From assembly GCF_016717175.1 (NCBI RefSeq), contig NZ_JADKFZ010000004.1: a stretch of 64,000 nt of DNA. The stretch is one strand, 5' to 3'. Source of the DNA: Nannocystis sp. Its GTDB lineage: Bacteria; Myxococcota_A; Polyangia; Nannocystales; Nannocystaceae. Below the pieces are notes generated by a model. The model saw nothing but the letters and a program-made list of their open reading frames with translations, made no database searches and was not told where the DNA came from. Positions 19,146 through 30,863 of this stretch are shown here, one piece after another (position 1 is the stretch's first letter; each line of letters opens with the position of its first letter). Position numbers and translations under genes: made by a program.

Positions 19146-21584
19146 TCACGCGGTCGCGGGCGGCTTGAGGGGACGGGCGCGGCCGACCTCGGGGCTGTCG
19201 CTCATGATGTCGTCGAAGGCGACCGGGCTGGCCTCCTTGAGGACACCGCCGGGGGCGTCGGCGGTGCCGATGAGGGCGATGACTCCGCGGGCCGAGCCGT
19301 AATAGTTGCTCTGCGCGTGGTCCTCCTCGTCGATGCAGCGGCGGACCAGCGAGCGCGAGAGGCGGGGCATGCGGAGCATGTCGAGGGCCTGCTCCCACAG
19401 GCCGTCGAGGAGGTTCGGGTCGGCGGGGAACTCGAGCAGGCCGGCGAGCAGGAGGAGGAGGCCGGCACGCTGACCGCCGCGGGTGTCGAGCGGGGCGTCG
19501 GCGAGGTAGCCGAGGTCGACGGCGCGCCAGTAGGCGTCGGCGCCGACCAGCAGGCGCTTGAGCTCCTGGGCGGCGTGGGCGAGGGTCGCGTGGACCATGA
19601 CGTCGGCGGAGAGGCCGTCCTTGACCCGCGGGTCGGGGATGTAGCGGACGACGGCGGGAGCGCTGGCGAGGTCGACGGGGGGCGCGGGGCGGGTGGGCCT
19701 GCCCGAGGGGACGTCGCGCGGGGGATCGACGGCGTCGTAGAAGCCGGCGGCGCGGAACACATAGAAGTTCTCGGCCTGGCCGGGGAGGCCGTCCCACAGC
19801 TCGGAGTACTGGGCGACGCGGTTGAGGCTGCCGGCGGCCCAGCTGAGGCCGCGGGCCGCGTCGCCGCCGATCTGCGAGGCGGCGACGCCGGGGTTTCGCG
19901 GGGTGGCGGAGTCGCGGATGGCCTCGGCGATCTCGACGACGCGGAGATCGAGGAAGCCGTCATAGAAGTCGGCCTTGCCGTCGCGGTTGATGTCCTCGTA
20001 GCGGGCGACGATCAGCGGGTGGGCCGGGCCGATGAACTGCACGAAGCCGGGGGTGCGGCTCTGCTTGTGGTGCCACTGGGCCTTCTGGATGCGGAGGTCG
20101 ATCGCGGCGAAGTCCTCGCGGGCGGCCATGCCCTGGAGGATCGCGTGGAAGCAGTCGATGCCCTCGGAGGCGGTGGTCTCGTCGTTGCTGCCGGTGCTGA
20201 AGTAGGTCGAGTCCCACGAGGAGTAGATGTCGGCGTCGGGGAACATCCGCGAGATCGCGAAGCGGGTGGTGAGGCCGGCGCACTGGCAGTTCATCATCAG
20301 CTTGTAGCCGACCTGGGTGACCTGGGTGAGCGAGGCCCGCATGTCGAAGGCGCCGAGGTTGGCGTGGCGGCTGATGACGACGCCGTGGAAGTAGGCGCTG
20401 CCCATCTCGACGTTCTCGTCGCGCGGCGAGGCGGAGCGGACGAAGAGCAGGATGTCCTGGCCGTCGGGGCCGCGGAAGGGGGCACGCAGGACGTGGTAGC
20501 CGTCGCCCCACGAGAGCGGGCTGGCGGGGGCGTCGGCGGGGAGCTCGGCCTTGGTGAAGTGGTACTTGTTCTCGAGGATCTTGACCTCGCCGGGGAAGAA
20601 CTCGGAGGCGGAGTTGAGGACGAAGCGCCAGGTGCCGGTGAGCTCGGCGTAGGGCGGGGCGGCGCGTCGGAGGCCGCGCAGCAGCGCCTCGGCCTGCTTC
20701 TGATCGTCGGGGCGCAGGGCCGGGCCGCGCATCGACAGCAGCGAGATGGCGTGGGCCCGCAGATCGGGGCGCGCCTTGGGGCCGGTCTCGGCGGCGATGA
20801 GGGCGAAGATGCGGGCGGCGGCGAGGTCGGCGACGGCGCGGAAGCTGGGATCCTTGAGCACGGTGGCGACGATGTGCGAGAGCACGGTGAGCGCCGCGGA
20901 GCGCAGCTGGGCGGCGTCGAGCGGATCGATGTTGGCGGCTCCGGGGGCAGCAGCCGAGAGCACCGCGTTCAGCTGGGCGAGCAGGGCCTGGGCCTGGGTC
21001 GGGCTCAGACGCTCGGGGCGCAGCGGCTCCTCGGGGTGGAAGGGGCTGGCGGGGAACAGGCACTCGAAGCTGGTGGTGCGGCGGGTCGAGACCCAGCGCG
21101 CCGCGGTGACGAGGACGGGCAGGGCGTCGAGCCACACCGGGGCGGGGCCCTCGGCGTTGCCGGCGAGGGTGCCGTCGGCGAGCAGGAAGAGGGGCGGTGC
21201 GCCGTGCACGGCGGCGGTGAGGTCGAGGGCGCTGCGCGGGGCCTCGGGCGCGGCGGGGGTGGGCGCGGCGACGGGGCGCGGGGGCAGGCCGCCGATGGCG
21301 ACGAGGTGGCGACGCACGCTGCTGCTGCGGCCGGCGAAGTGCACCTGCACGCGCTTGCCGAGGGCGAGCGAGAGGATCGTGCGGGCGTTGTCCGGGGCGG
21401 GGCTCAGCTGCACGTGGTAGTCGCGCTCGCCGATCAGGAAGAGGTGCACGCCGACCGCGGCGCGGGCCGTGTTGAAGCTCTTGCGGGCCGCGGATCCGCT
21501 GGCCATCAGCTCGGCGGGGAAGGTGTGAACGACGGCGACGAGGCCATCATCGCTGCGTACTTGCACTTCAAGACGATTCGCCAT
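19146..21584 (-). CDS. Hypothetical protein (812 aa), no recognizable domain
   Basis: Complex, non-repetitive composition and an ATG start. The antisense 1005-aa ORF is G/A/V/E-rich shadow. Contains a Cys/His-rich segment NCQCAG...SSWDS...CFH of unknown function. Confidence 0.65.
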   Translation of the reverse strand: MANRLEVQVRSDDGLVAVVHTFPAELMASGSAARKSFNTARAAVGVHLFLIGERDYHVQLSPAPDNARTILSLALGKRVQVHFAGRSSSVRRHLVAIGGLPPRPVAAPTPAAPEAPRSALDLTAAVHGAPPLFLLADGTLAGNAEGPAPVWLDALPVLVTAARWVSTRRTTSFECLFPASPFHPEEPLRPERLSPTQAQALLAQLNAVLSAAAPGAANIDPLDAAQLRSAALTVLSHIVATVLKDPSFRAVADLAAARIFALIAAETGPKARPDLRAHAISLLSMRGPALRPDDQKQAEALLRGLRRAAPPYAELTGTWRFVLNSASEFFPGEVKILENKYHFTKAELPADAPASPLSWGDGYHVLRAPFRGPDGQDILLFVRSASPRDENVEMGSAYFHGVVISRHANLGAFDMRASLTQVTQVGYKLMMNCQCAGLTTRFAISRMFPDADIYSSWDSTYFSTGSNDETTASEGIDCFHAILQGMAAREDFAAIDLRIQKAQWHHKQSRTPGFVQFIGPAHPLIVARYEDINRDGKADFYDGFLDLRVVEIAEAIRDSATPRNPGVAASQIGGDAARGLSWAAGSLNRVAQYSELWDGLPGQAENFYVFRAAGFYDAVDPPRDVPSGRPTRPAPPVDLASAPAVVRYIPDPRVKDGLSADVMVHATLAHAAQELKRLLVGADAYWRAVDLGYLADAPLDTRGGQRAGLLLLLAGLLEFPADPNLLDGLWEQALDMLRMPRLSRSLVRRCIDEEDHAQSNYYGSARGVIALIGTADAPGGVLKEASPVAFDDIMSDSPEVGRARPLKPPATA

Positions 21585-21639
21585 GGGGGGTTCTCACCTT
21601 CGTTTCGGGCGCATCGTATCGTGATACCGTGCCTTCCGC

Positions 21640-22689
21640 ATGCGCTTCAAACTGCTCGGACACAGTGGTCTCCGCGTCTCGGAGATCTGCCTCGGAACGA
21701 TGACCTTCGGCAACACGTGGGGGGCGATGGGGGCCGAGCCCGCGGTGTGTCGCGCGATTTATGACGCCTATCGCGCGCGCGGGGGCAACTTCGTCGACAC
21801 GGCGAACAAGTACATGGAGGGCATGAGCGAGCGCATCGTCGGCGAGTGCATTGCGGGAGATCGCGACCGGGTGGTGCTGGCGACCAAGTACTCGCTGAGC
21901 ACGGCCAACGGGGATCCGAACGCCAGCGGCAACAGCCGCAAGAACATGGTCCAGGCGGTCGAGAAGAGCCTGAAGCGGCTCGGTACCGATTACATCGATC
22001 TGTATTGGGTGCACATCTGGGACTTCGTGACGCCCACGGAGGAGGTCCTGCGCGGGCTCGATGACCTCGTGCGGGCGGGCAAGATCCTCTACATCGGGGT
22101 GTCGGATACGCCGGCCTGGGTGGTCTCGCGCGCCAACACGATCGCCGAGCTGCGCGGGTGGAGCCGCTTCGTCGGGCTGCAGGTCGAGTACAGCCTGATC
22201 GAGCGCGCGGTCGAGCGTGAGCTGCTGCCGATGGCCGCGGCGCTCGACGTGACGGTCACGGCGTGGTCGCCGCTGGGGGCCGGGCTGCTGTCGGGCAAGC
22301 ACACCGTGACCGACGGCGCCGCGGTCGACACCGGGCGCTCGCAGATGGCGGGTGGTCGCCTCAACGCCCGCACCCGCGGGGTGATCGAGGCGCTGACGCA
22401 GGTCGCGGGCGAGCTCGGCAAGCCGCCGGCGCAGGTGGCCCTGAACTGGCTGCGCCAGCGGCCGACGTCGGTGATCCCGATCGTCGGGGCGCGCAAGCTG
22501 GCGCAGGTCGAGGACAACCTCGCCTGCCTCGACTTCACCCTGGCGCCCGAGGCCATCGCTCGCCTCGACGCGGCCTCGGCGATCGAGCTCGGCTTCCCGC
22601 ACGACTTCGCGGCCGCCGACTGGGTGCAGAAGGTGACCTTCGGCGACGCGCCCCACCTCATCGATCGGCGGCGCGGCGGCGGGGTCTGA
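21640..22689 (+). CDS. Aldo/keto reductase
   Basis: AKR motifs GTMTFG, DTANKY, YIDLYWVH, IGVSD. Confidence 0.9.
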   Translation: MRFKLLGHSGLRVSEICLGTMTFGNTWGAMGAEPAVCRAIYDAYRARGGNFVDTANKYMEGMSERIVGECIAGDRDRVVLATKYSLSTANGDPNASGNSRKNMVQAVEKSLKRLGTDYIDLYWVHIWDFVTPTEEVLRGLDDLVRAGKILYIGVSDTPAWVVSRANTIAELRGWSRFVGLQVEYSLIERAVERELLPMAAALDVTVTAWSPLGAGLLSGKHTVTDGAAVDTGRSQMAGGRLNARTRGVIEALTQVAGELGKPPAQVALNWLRQRPTSVIPIVGARKLAQVEDNLACLDFTLAPEAIARLDAASAIELGFPHDFAAADWVQKVTFGDAPHLIDRRRGGGV

Positions 22690-22740
22690 TGGTTGGGGAG
22701 CTGGTGCTCAGCACATGTCTGCCAGGACATGTCCTGAGGG

Positions 22741-23742
22741 TCAGCCATCGAGCAGGCGCGTGAGCCAATCGGCGAAGCCGGCGTCGACGAAGAGGCGGCG
22801 CAGGTGGTGCTCGAGCTCGCCGTGCAAGGGGGCGCGCCAGGCGTCGACCTGGCCGGGCCCGAGCAGCTCGCCGACGCTGCGGGCCTCCAACTCGTCGACC
22901 AGGGACTGGAGGACGGCGCTGGCCTCGTCAGGGAGGCGGTCCCACTCGGCGAGGGCCCGGGCCGCGGCGTGCAGGTCGGCGGCGAGGGCCTGCGGGTCGA
23001 GCTTGTGGAGCTCGGCGAGGAAGACGGAGCCGGGCAGGGCGAGGACGGAGCGGACGGCGTCGCCGCGCCAGGCGGCCATGTCGGCGGCGTAGCGCGGGTC
23101 GCTGGCTCGCTCGACGATGAGGTCGAGGGCGCGGCCGAGGGCGCCGTCGACGAAGCTGCGCACGCGGTCCTCGAGCTGATGTTCGACCTCGGCGCCGACG
23201 ACCGAGGCGACGCCCTTGGCGACGCCCATGAGCTTGGAGCGGATGCCGGCGCCGGGGATCCACCCGGTGTCGGGCATGGCGGTGCGCAGGCGGGTGGCGA
23301 AGTCGAGGATGGTCGTCTGCAGGACGCTGCGGAGCAGCGCCCGCATGCCGGCGTGGTCGATGGCGGCGCGCACGAGCTCGCGGCTGGGGGTGAAGGGCCG
23401 GCGCAGGGCGGTCTGCAGGGCCTTCTGGAGCTCGGGCGGGAGCTGGGCGGCGAGCGGGCCGGGGCGGGCGACGGCGGCGGCGCGGCGGCGGGCGATCGCG
23501 GCGGCGAGCTGCTCCGGGTCGATCGCGGCGACGCTGCGGCGCAGGCCGGCGACGAAGGCGGGGACGATGCGGGTCGGGGCGATGAACTCGCGGACCGGCG
23601 TGGCGAGGACGGCGTCGAAGATCACGCGCGCGAGCTCGGTCGCGAACGCAGGCTGGTCACGCAGGCGCGCGATGGCATCGGTGGCAGACGACACGCCGCT
23701 GCTATAGCAGGCTTGCCACGGGCTGAGATACGCTGGGTTCAC
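22741..23742 (-). CDS. Hypothetical protein (333 aa)
   Basis: ATG start and diverse helical composition. Converges on the AKR gene. No domain recognized. Confidence 0.5.
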   Translation of the reverse strand: MNPAYLSPWQACYSSGVSSATDAIARLRDQPAFATELARVIFDAVLATPVREFIAPTRIVPAFVAGLRRSVAAIDPEQLAAAIARRRAAAVARPGPLAAQLPPELQKALQTALRRPFTPSRELVRAAIDHAGMRALLRSVLQTTILDFATRLRTAMPDTGWIPGAGIRSKLMGVAKGVASVVGAEVEHQLEDRVRSFVDGALGRALDLIVERASDPRYAADMAAWRGDAVRSVLALPGSVFLAELHKLDPQALAADLHAAARALAEWDRLPDEASAVLQSLVDELEARSVGELLGPGQVDAWRAPLHGELEHHLRRLFVDAGFADWLTRLLDG

Positions 23743-23798
23743 GCACGCGGGCCCGGAGTTTGAGAACGCCGGGCCGAGACACGCGTTCGCCCGCCGCC

Positions 23799-24617
23799 AT
23801 GCGAAGCAGCACGCTCCCGATCGCCAGCCCCTGCCACGAGTCCTGGGACGCCATGTCCGGCGAGGCGGAGCGTCGCTTCTGCGGCGTATGCCAGAAGGAC
23901 GTGCACAACCTCTCGGCGATGAAGCACGAGGAGGCGCAGGCGCTGCTGCGCGAGAAGGCGGGCGAGCACCTGTGCGTGCGCTACACGGCCGAGGCGGACG
24001 GGACGCTGCGGTTTCGCGATCTGGTGCCGCGGGCGAGCCTGACGCGGAAGATCGTGCGGACGGCCTTCGCGGCGTCGCTGCTGGCCGCCTGCACGCCGCA
24101 CGGCGAGGGGCCGGTGGGCGAGCTGGGTCAGGAGGTCATCGAGTCGATCCGCAAGGAGACGGTGCCGACGCCGGACGGCGGCTGCGACTACACGACCGGG
24201 CCCTTCACGACCTTCCACTTCCCTCCGGGCCACGCGCTGTGCAAGGGCGTGCTCGAGGCGGTGCGCATCGAGTCGGAGCCGATGCCGATGATGGGGGCGC
24301 CGCCGCCGATGCGGGTGATGGACGAGCCGCCGTTGCCGCCGCCGACCGTCGCGCCGGTCGAGCAGGTGAAGATGGGCGAGGCGATCGCGGTGCCTCCGCA
24401 CGTGAGCCCGTTCGAGCCCTGCGATCCGAAGCCGGGCTTCGCTCCGCCGCCGCCGGGCGAGCCGGGCCACGAGAAGATGGGGGACATCGCCCCGCCCGAG
24501 CCGCCCCGGCCGCCGAAGCAGCCGCAGGAGCGCACGCCCCTGATGGGGGACATCGCGGCGCCGGAGCCGGAGCCCGAGCGCGAGCTGATGGGGAAGATCG
24601 CCCCGAGCCACGATTGA
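23799..24617 (+). CDS. Cys/His zinc-finger-like N-domain protein with proline-rich tail (paralog A)
   Basis: SPCHESWDAM...RRFCGVCQKDVHNLS...LRFRDLVPRASLTRKIVRTAFAA..LAACTPHGE is 80% conserved with the downstream paralog. ATG at 23799 chosen by alignment with paralog B. The stop lies inside an 11-bp microsatellite. Confidence 0.6.
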   Translation: MRSSTLPIASPCHESWDAMSGEAERRFCGVCQKDVHNLSAMKHEEAQALLREKAGEHLCVRYTAEADGTLRFRDLVPRASLTRKIVRTAFAASLLAACTPHGEGPVGELGQEVIESIRKETVPTPDGGCDYTTGPFTTFHFPPGHALCKGVLEAVRIESEPMPMMGAPPPMRVMDEPPLPPPTVAPVEQVKMGEAIAVPPHVSPFEPCDPKPGFAPPPPGEPGHEKMGDIAPPEPPRPPKQPQERTPLMGDIAAPEPEPERELMGKIAPSHD

Positions 24618-24721
24618 GCCACGATTGAGCCACCACGATTGAGCCACGATTGAGCCACGATTGAGCCACGATTGAGCCACGATTGAGCCACGATTGAGCC
24701 ACGATTGAGCCACGATTGAGC
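24605..24721. repeat. 11-bp microsatellite (GAGCCACGATT)x~10 between the two zinc-finger paralogs
   Basis: Direct reading. One unit carries an extra cca. The first unit supplies the TGA stop of paralog A. Confidence 0.85.
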
Positions 24722-24762
24722 TGGGAGAACCAGCCATCGACCCGCACGTTAGCGAGGCCGCC

Positions 24763-25488
24763 ATGCACAGCAACACCGTGACGATCGACAGCCCCTGCCA
24801 CGAGTCGTGGGAGGCGATGCAGGGCGACGCGGCGCGTCGCTTCTGCGGGGTGTGCCAGAAGCACGTCCACAACCTCTCGGCGATGGCGCACGACGAGGCG
24901 CAGGCGCTGCTCGCGGCGAAGGCGAAGGAGCACCTGTGCGTGCGCTACAGCAGCGAGGCCGACGGGACCCTGCGCTTTCGCGACCTGGTGCCGCGGGCGA
25001 GCCTGACGCGGAAGATCGTGCGGACGGCGTTCGCAGCCGCGGCGCTGGCCGCCTGCACGCCGCACGGGGAGGCGCCGCTGCAGGGGCTCGGCGAGGCGAT
25101 CATCGAGACCGTCCGCGAGAGCACGGTGGCGAGCGTGGACGGTGGATGCATCTACACGACGGGGCCCTTCACGAGCTTCCACCTGCCGGCCGGGCACGCG
25201 CTGTGCCGGATGTCGGGCGAGGGCGAGACGATCGCCGAGCCGGTGGTGGAGGAGGGCCGCGTGCCGGTGATCGAGGCCCAGCCGGAGCGCGAGGTGCAGG
25301 GGCTGGTGATGGCGGCGCCGGAGCCGAAGCCGACGCTGGTGCCCTGCGACCCCGCGGCGAAGGATGAGCCCGCGACCAAGCAGCCCGATGACCCGCCGAG
25401 GCGGCGGCCGATGATGGGCGGCAAGCGGCCGGCGCGGGACGTGGCCGAGAAGATGGGCAAGATGCAGCTGCCGGTCGACGAGCTGTAG
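24763..25488 (+). CDS. Cys/His zinc-finger-like N-domain protein (paralog B)
   Basis: MHSNTVTIDSPCHESWEAMQGDAARRFCGVCQKHVHNLS..., tandem paralog of 23799-24617. Confidence 0.65.
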   Translation: MHSNTVTIDSPCHESWEAMQGDAARRFCGVCQKHVHNLSAMAHDEAQALLAAKAKEHLCVRYSSEADGTLRFRDLVPRASLTRKIVRTAFAAAALAACTPHGEAPLQGLGEAIIETVRESTVASVDGGCIYTTGPFTSFHLPAGHALCRMSGEGETIAEPVVEEGRVPVIEAQPEREVQGLVMAAPEPKPTLVPCDPAAKDEPATKQPDDPPRRRPMMGGKRPARDVAEKMGKMQLPVDEL

Positions 25489-25507
25489 CCCGCTCGGCGC
25501 GAGGCGA

Positions 25508-28762
<3,255 letters not shown>

Positions 28763-28839
28763 CGGCGCAGGTGCCCGCGGCTTGCGTTCGCGCGGGGCCG
28801 CGGAGTAGGGTGTGCGCCCGTTCGCCCCAGGAAATACTC

Positions 28840-29421
28840 GTGAAGCCGATCCAGATCTGTCAGCACCTTGGCCAGGGACACATCGACGCGTACTACGACG
28901 AGCTGTCCGGCAAGGAAGTCCGTGCCGTCCTCAAGGCGGGTGGTTGCAGCGTCAACGTCCCGGAGACCGCGTACACCCAGTCCGCCCGCCGTCGCGCGTG
29001 GCGCAAGCGCTTCGACGCCGAGTTCGGCGGGGGCAACGATCAGCTGGCGCTGGCGCTGCTGCTCGAGTGGTTGATGCGCCACCACCGGAGCATGCTGGTC
29101 GACTACCTCGACTTCCTCGGCGTGAAGCACCGCCAGGGTGAGACCGACGAGGACTTCTGCGCCACGCGCGACGAGGCCCAGCTGCGCGAGGGCGTGGCGG
29201 AGCTGCTCAAGAAGTACCCGGCGGCGCATGTGGCCACCTACCTGCTGCTGGTCGGTCACCTGCAGGAGACGCCGGTCTACGACCAGACGCCCGAGGTGCT
29301 CACCTCGCTCGGGATGCCGGCCGACGCGGCGGCGAAGTACGTCGAGGCGCACAAGCTCTCGTACAAGCCCAAGGCCCAGCGCTCGCCGACGCCGATGATC
29401 ACCACGCAGCCGGCGGCCTGA
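28840..29421 (+). CDS. Hypothetical protein (193 aa), first gene of the MVP-containing co-directional group
   Basis: GTG at 28840 preceded by AGGAAA. Helical, charged and non-repetitive. Confidence 0.5.
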   Translation: MKPIQICQHLGQGHIDAYYDELSGKEVRAVLKAGGCSVNVPETAYTQSARRRAWRKRFDAEFGGGNDQLALALLLEWLMRHHRSMLVDYLDFLGVKHRQGETDEDFCATRDEAQLREGVAELLKKYPAAHVATYLLLVGHLQETPVYDQTPEVLTSLGMPADAAAKYVEAHKLSYKPKAQRSPTPMITTQPAA

Positions 29422-29435
29422 GCCGAGGAGCACGC

Positions 29436-29747
29436 GTGATGGATCGCCTGGCGCTGCTGCAGAAGTTCGTGGCCGACAAGCCAGACGACCCCTTCGCCCG
29501 CTACGGGCTGGCGATGGAGCTCAGCAAGCGGGGTCTGGCGGCCGAGGCCGACGCGGCGTTCGTGGAGCTGATGACGCGCCACCCGAGCTACGTGCCGGCC
29601 TACCTGATGGCGGGCAACGCTCGCCTCGCGCGGGGCGACCGCGATGGCGCGCGCGAGGTGTTCACGCGGGGCGTCGCCGCGGCGACTGCGGCCGGGGACA
29701 GCCACGCGCTCGGCGAGCTGCAGGCCGCGAGGGCGGCCCTGGATTGA
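29436..29747 (+). CDS. Small TPR-like protein
   Basis: 103 aa, two TPR-like helix pairs (ARYGLAMELSKRGLAAEADAAFVELMTRHPSYVPAYLMAGNARLARGDRDGAREVF). Stop overlaps the next start (TTGA). Confidence 0.55.
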   Translation: MMDRLALLQKFVADKPDDPFARYGLAMELSKRGLAAEADAAFVELMTRHPSYVPAYLMAGNARLARGDRDGAREVFTRGVAAATAAGDSHALGELQAARAALD

Positions 29748-30643
29748 GCGAGCTCCCGCCCGAGCTGGTGTTCGCCAGCCCGCGCAAGCTGCCGCGCGCG
29801 GCGGACCTGCGGGGGCGGGTGGTGGTGCTCGACCTGGCCTTCGCGGCCGACGGCATGGGCGGGCCGGGCTTCGCCAAGATCACCGGCCGCTTCCTCAAGG
29901 AGCTCGGGCCGCGCCTGGCTCGCTGGGTCGACCACCACGACCACGACCTGCACGCGCAGTACCGCGGCGACGCCCGCTTCGTGCTGCACACCAAGGCCGA
30001 GCACGGCGCGTGCCCGGAGATCATCACCCCCGAGCTGGTCGCGCGGACCGGCCCGATCGACACGATCGTCGCCCACTTCGACCTCGACGGGCTGTACGCG
30101 GCGGCGAAGTGGATCCTCGGCGGACGCGAGCCCTACCCGGGGGCCGACGCCGACGCCCGCGCGGTCGACACCCGCGTCGGCGAGGTGAGCCCGCGGGCCC
30201 AGCTGATCGACAAGGCGCTGCGGGTGCACTTCGACGACGCGGTGCTCAAGCAGCGCATCGTCCACTGGCTGTGCCGCGGCCTGCGACCCGGGGTCGAGCA
30301 CGACACGATCGTCGCGGCGGCGGCGGACTTCGACCAGCGCGCGAGCGAGGCGGTCGCGCTGGCGTCGCGCTACACGGTCGAGGATGACATCGCCCTGCTG
30401 CACCTGCCGAGCCACCCGCGGCCCTTCGACAAGACGGAGCTGCTGCTGCTCGGACAGCGGCGGGCGAGCGTGGCGATCGTGGTCGACGGGACGACCGTCA
30501 ACATCGCGGCGGGCTTCGACAGCGGGCTCAACTTCGTGACGCTGCTCGAGCTCGGTGGCGGGATGCCGACGCGGGTGTCGGTGCCGCTGGCTCGCCTCGA
30601 CCTCGCGCTGACCAAGATCCGCGAAGCGCTGCGCTCGCGCTGA
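29744..30643 (+). CDS. Hypothetical protein (299 aa)
   Basis: TTG start overlapping the upstream stop. Contains a HHDHDLH segment but no confidently recognized domain. Confidence 0.5.
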   Translation: MSELPPELVFASPRKLPRAADLRGRVVVLDLAFAADGMGGPGFAKITGRFLKELGPRLARWVDHHDHDLHAQYRGDARFVLHTKAEHGACPEIITPELVARTGPIDTIVAHFDLDGLYAAAKWILGGREPYPGADADARAVDTRVGEVSPRAQLIDKALRVHFDDAVLKQRIVHWLCRGLRPGVEHDTIVAAAADFDQRASEAVALASRYTVEDDIALLHLPSHPRPFDKTELLLLGQRRASVAIVVDGTTVNIAAGFDSGLNFVTLLELGGGMPTRVSVPLARLDLALTKIREALRSR

Positions 30644-30863
30644 GCTCGTCCTGCAGGCACGCGCCGCTGTATCGTTTCGGTGCAGCGCGCCGGGCTGCAT
30701 CGAAACGATGCAGTCGTGCATCCAGGTCGCGCGCGCGAGTGCCCGCTCGCGTGCGGTTCTGGGTATTTCGCGGCGGCCCGCGGCGGCCTATCCTGGGCGC
30801 CTTCTGCGGGCCTTGCAGTGTGCCTGCCCACAGGAAGCCACACGGGAAGCCAGACGGGAAGCC

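Noticed and set aside
17570-21764. Plus-strand ORFs 17570-19168 (532 aa) and 18747-21764 (1005 aa)
   Set aside because: Antisense to the Myxococcus-Cys-repeat lipoprotein and the 812-aa protein. G/A/V/E-rich without structure
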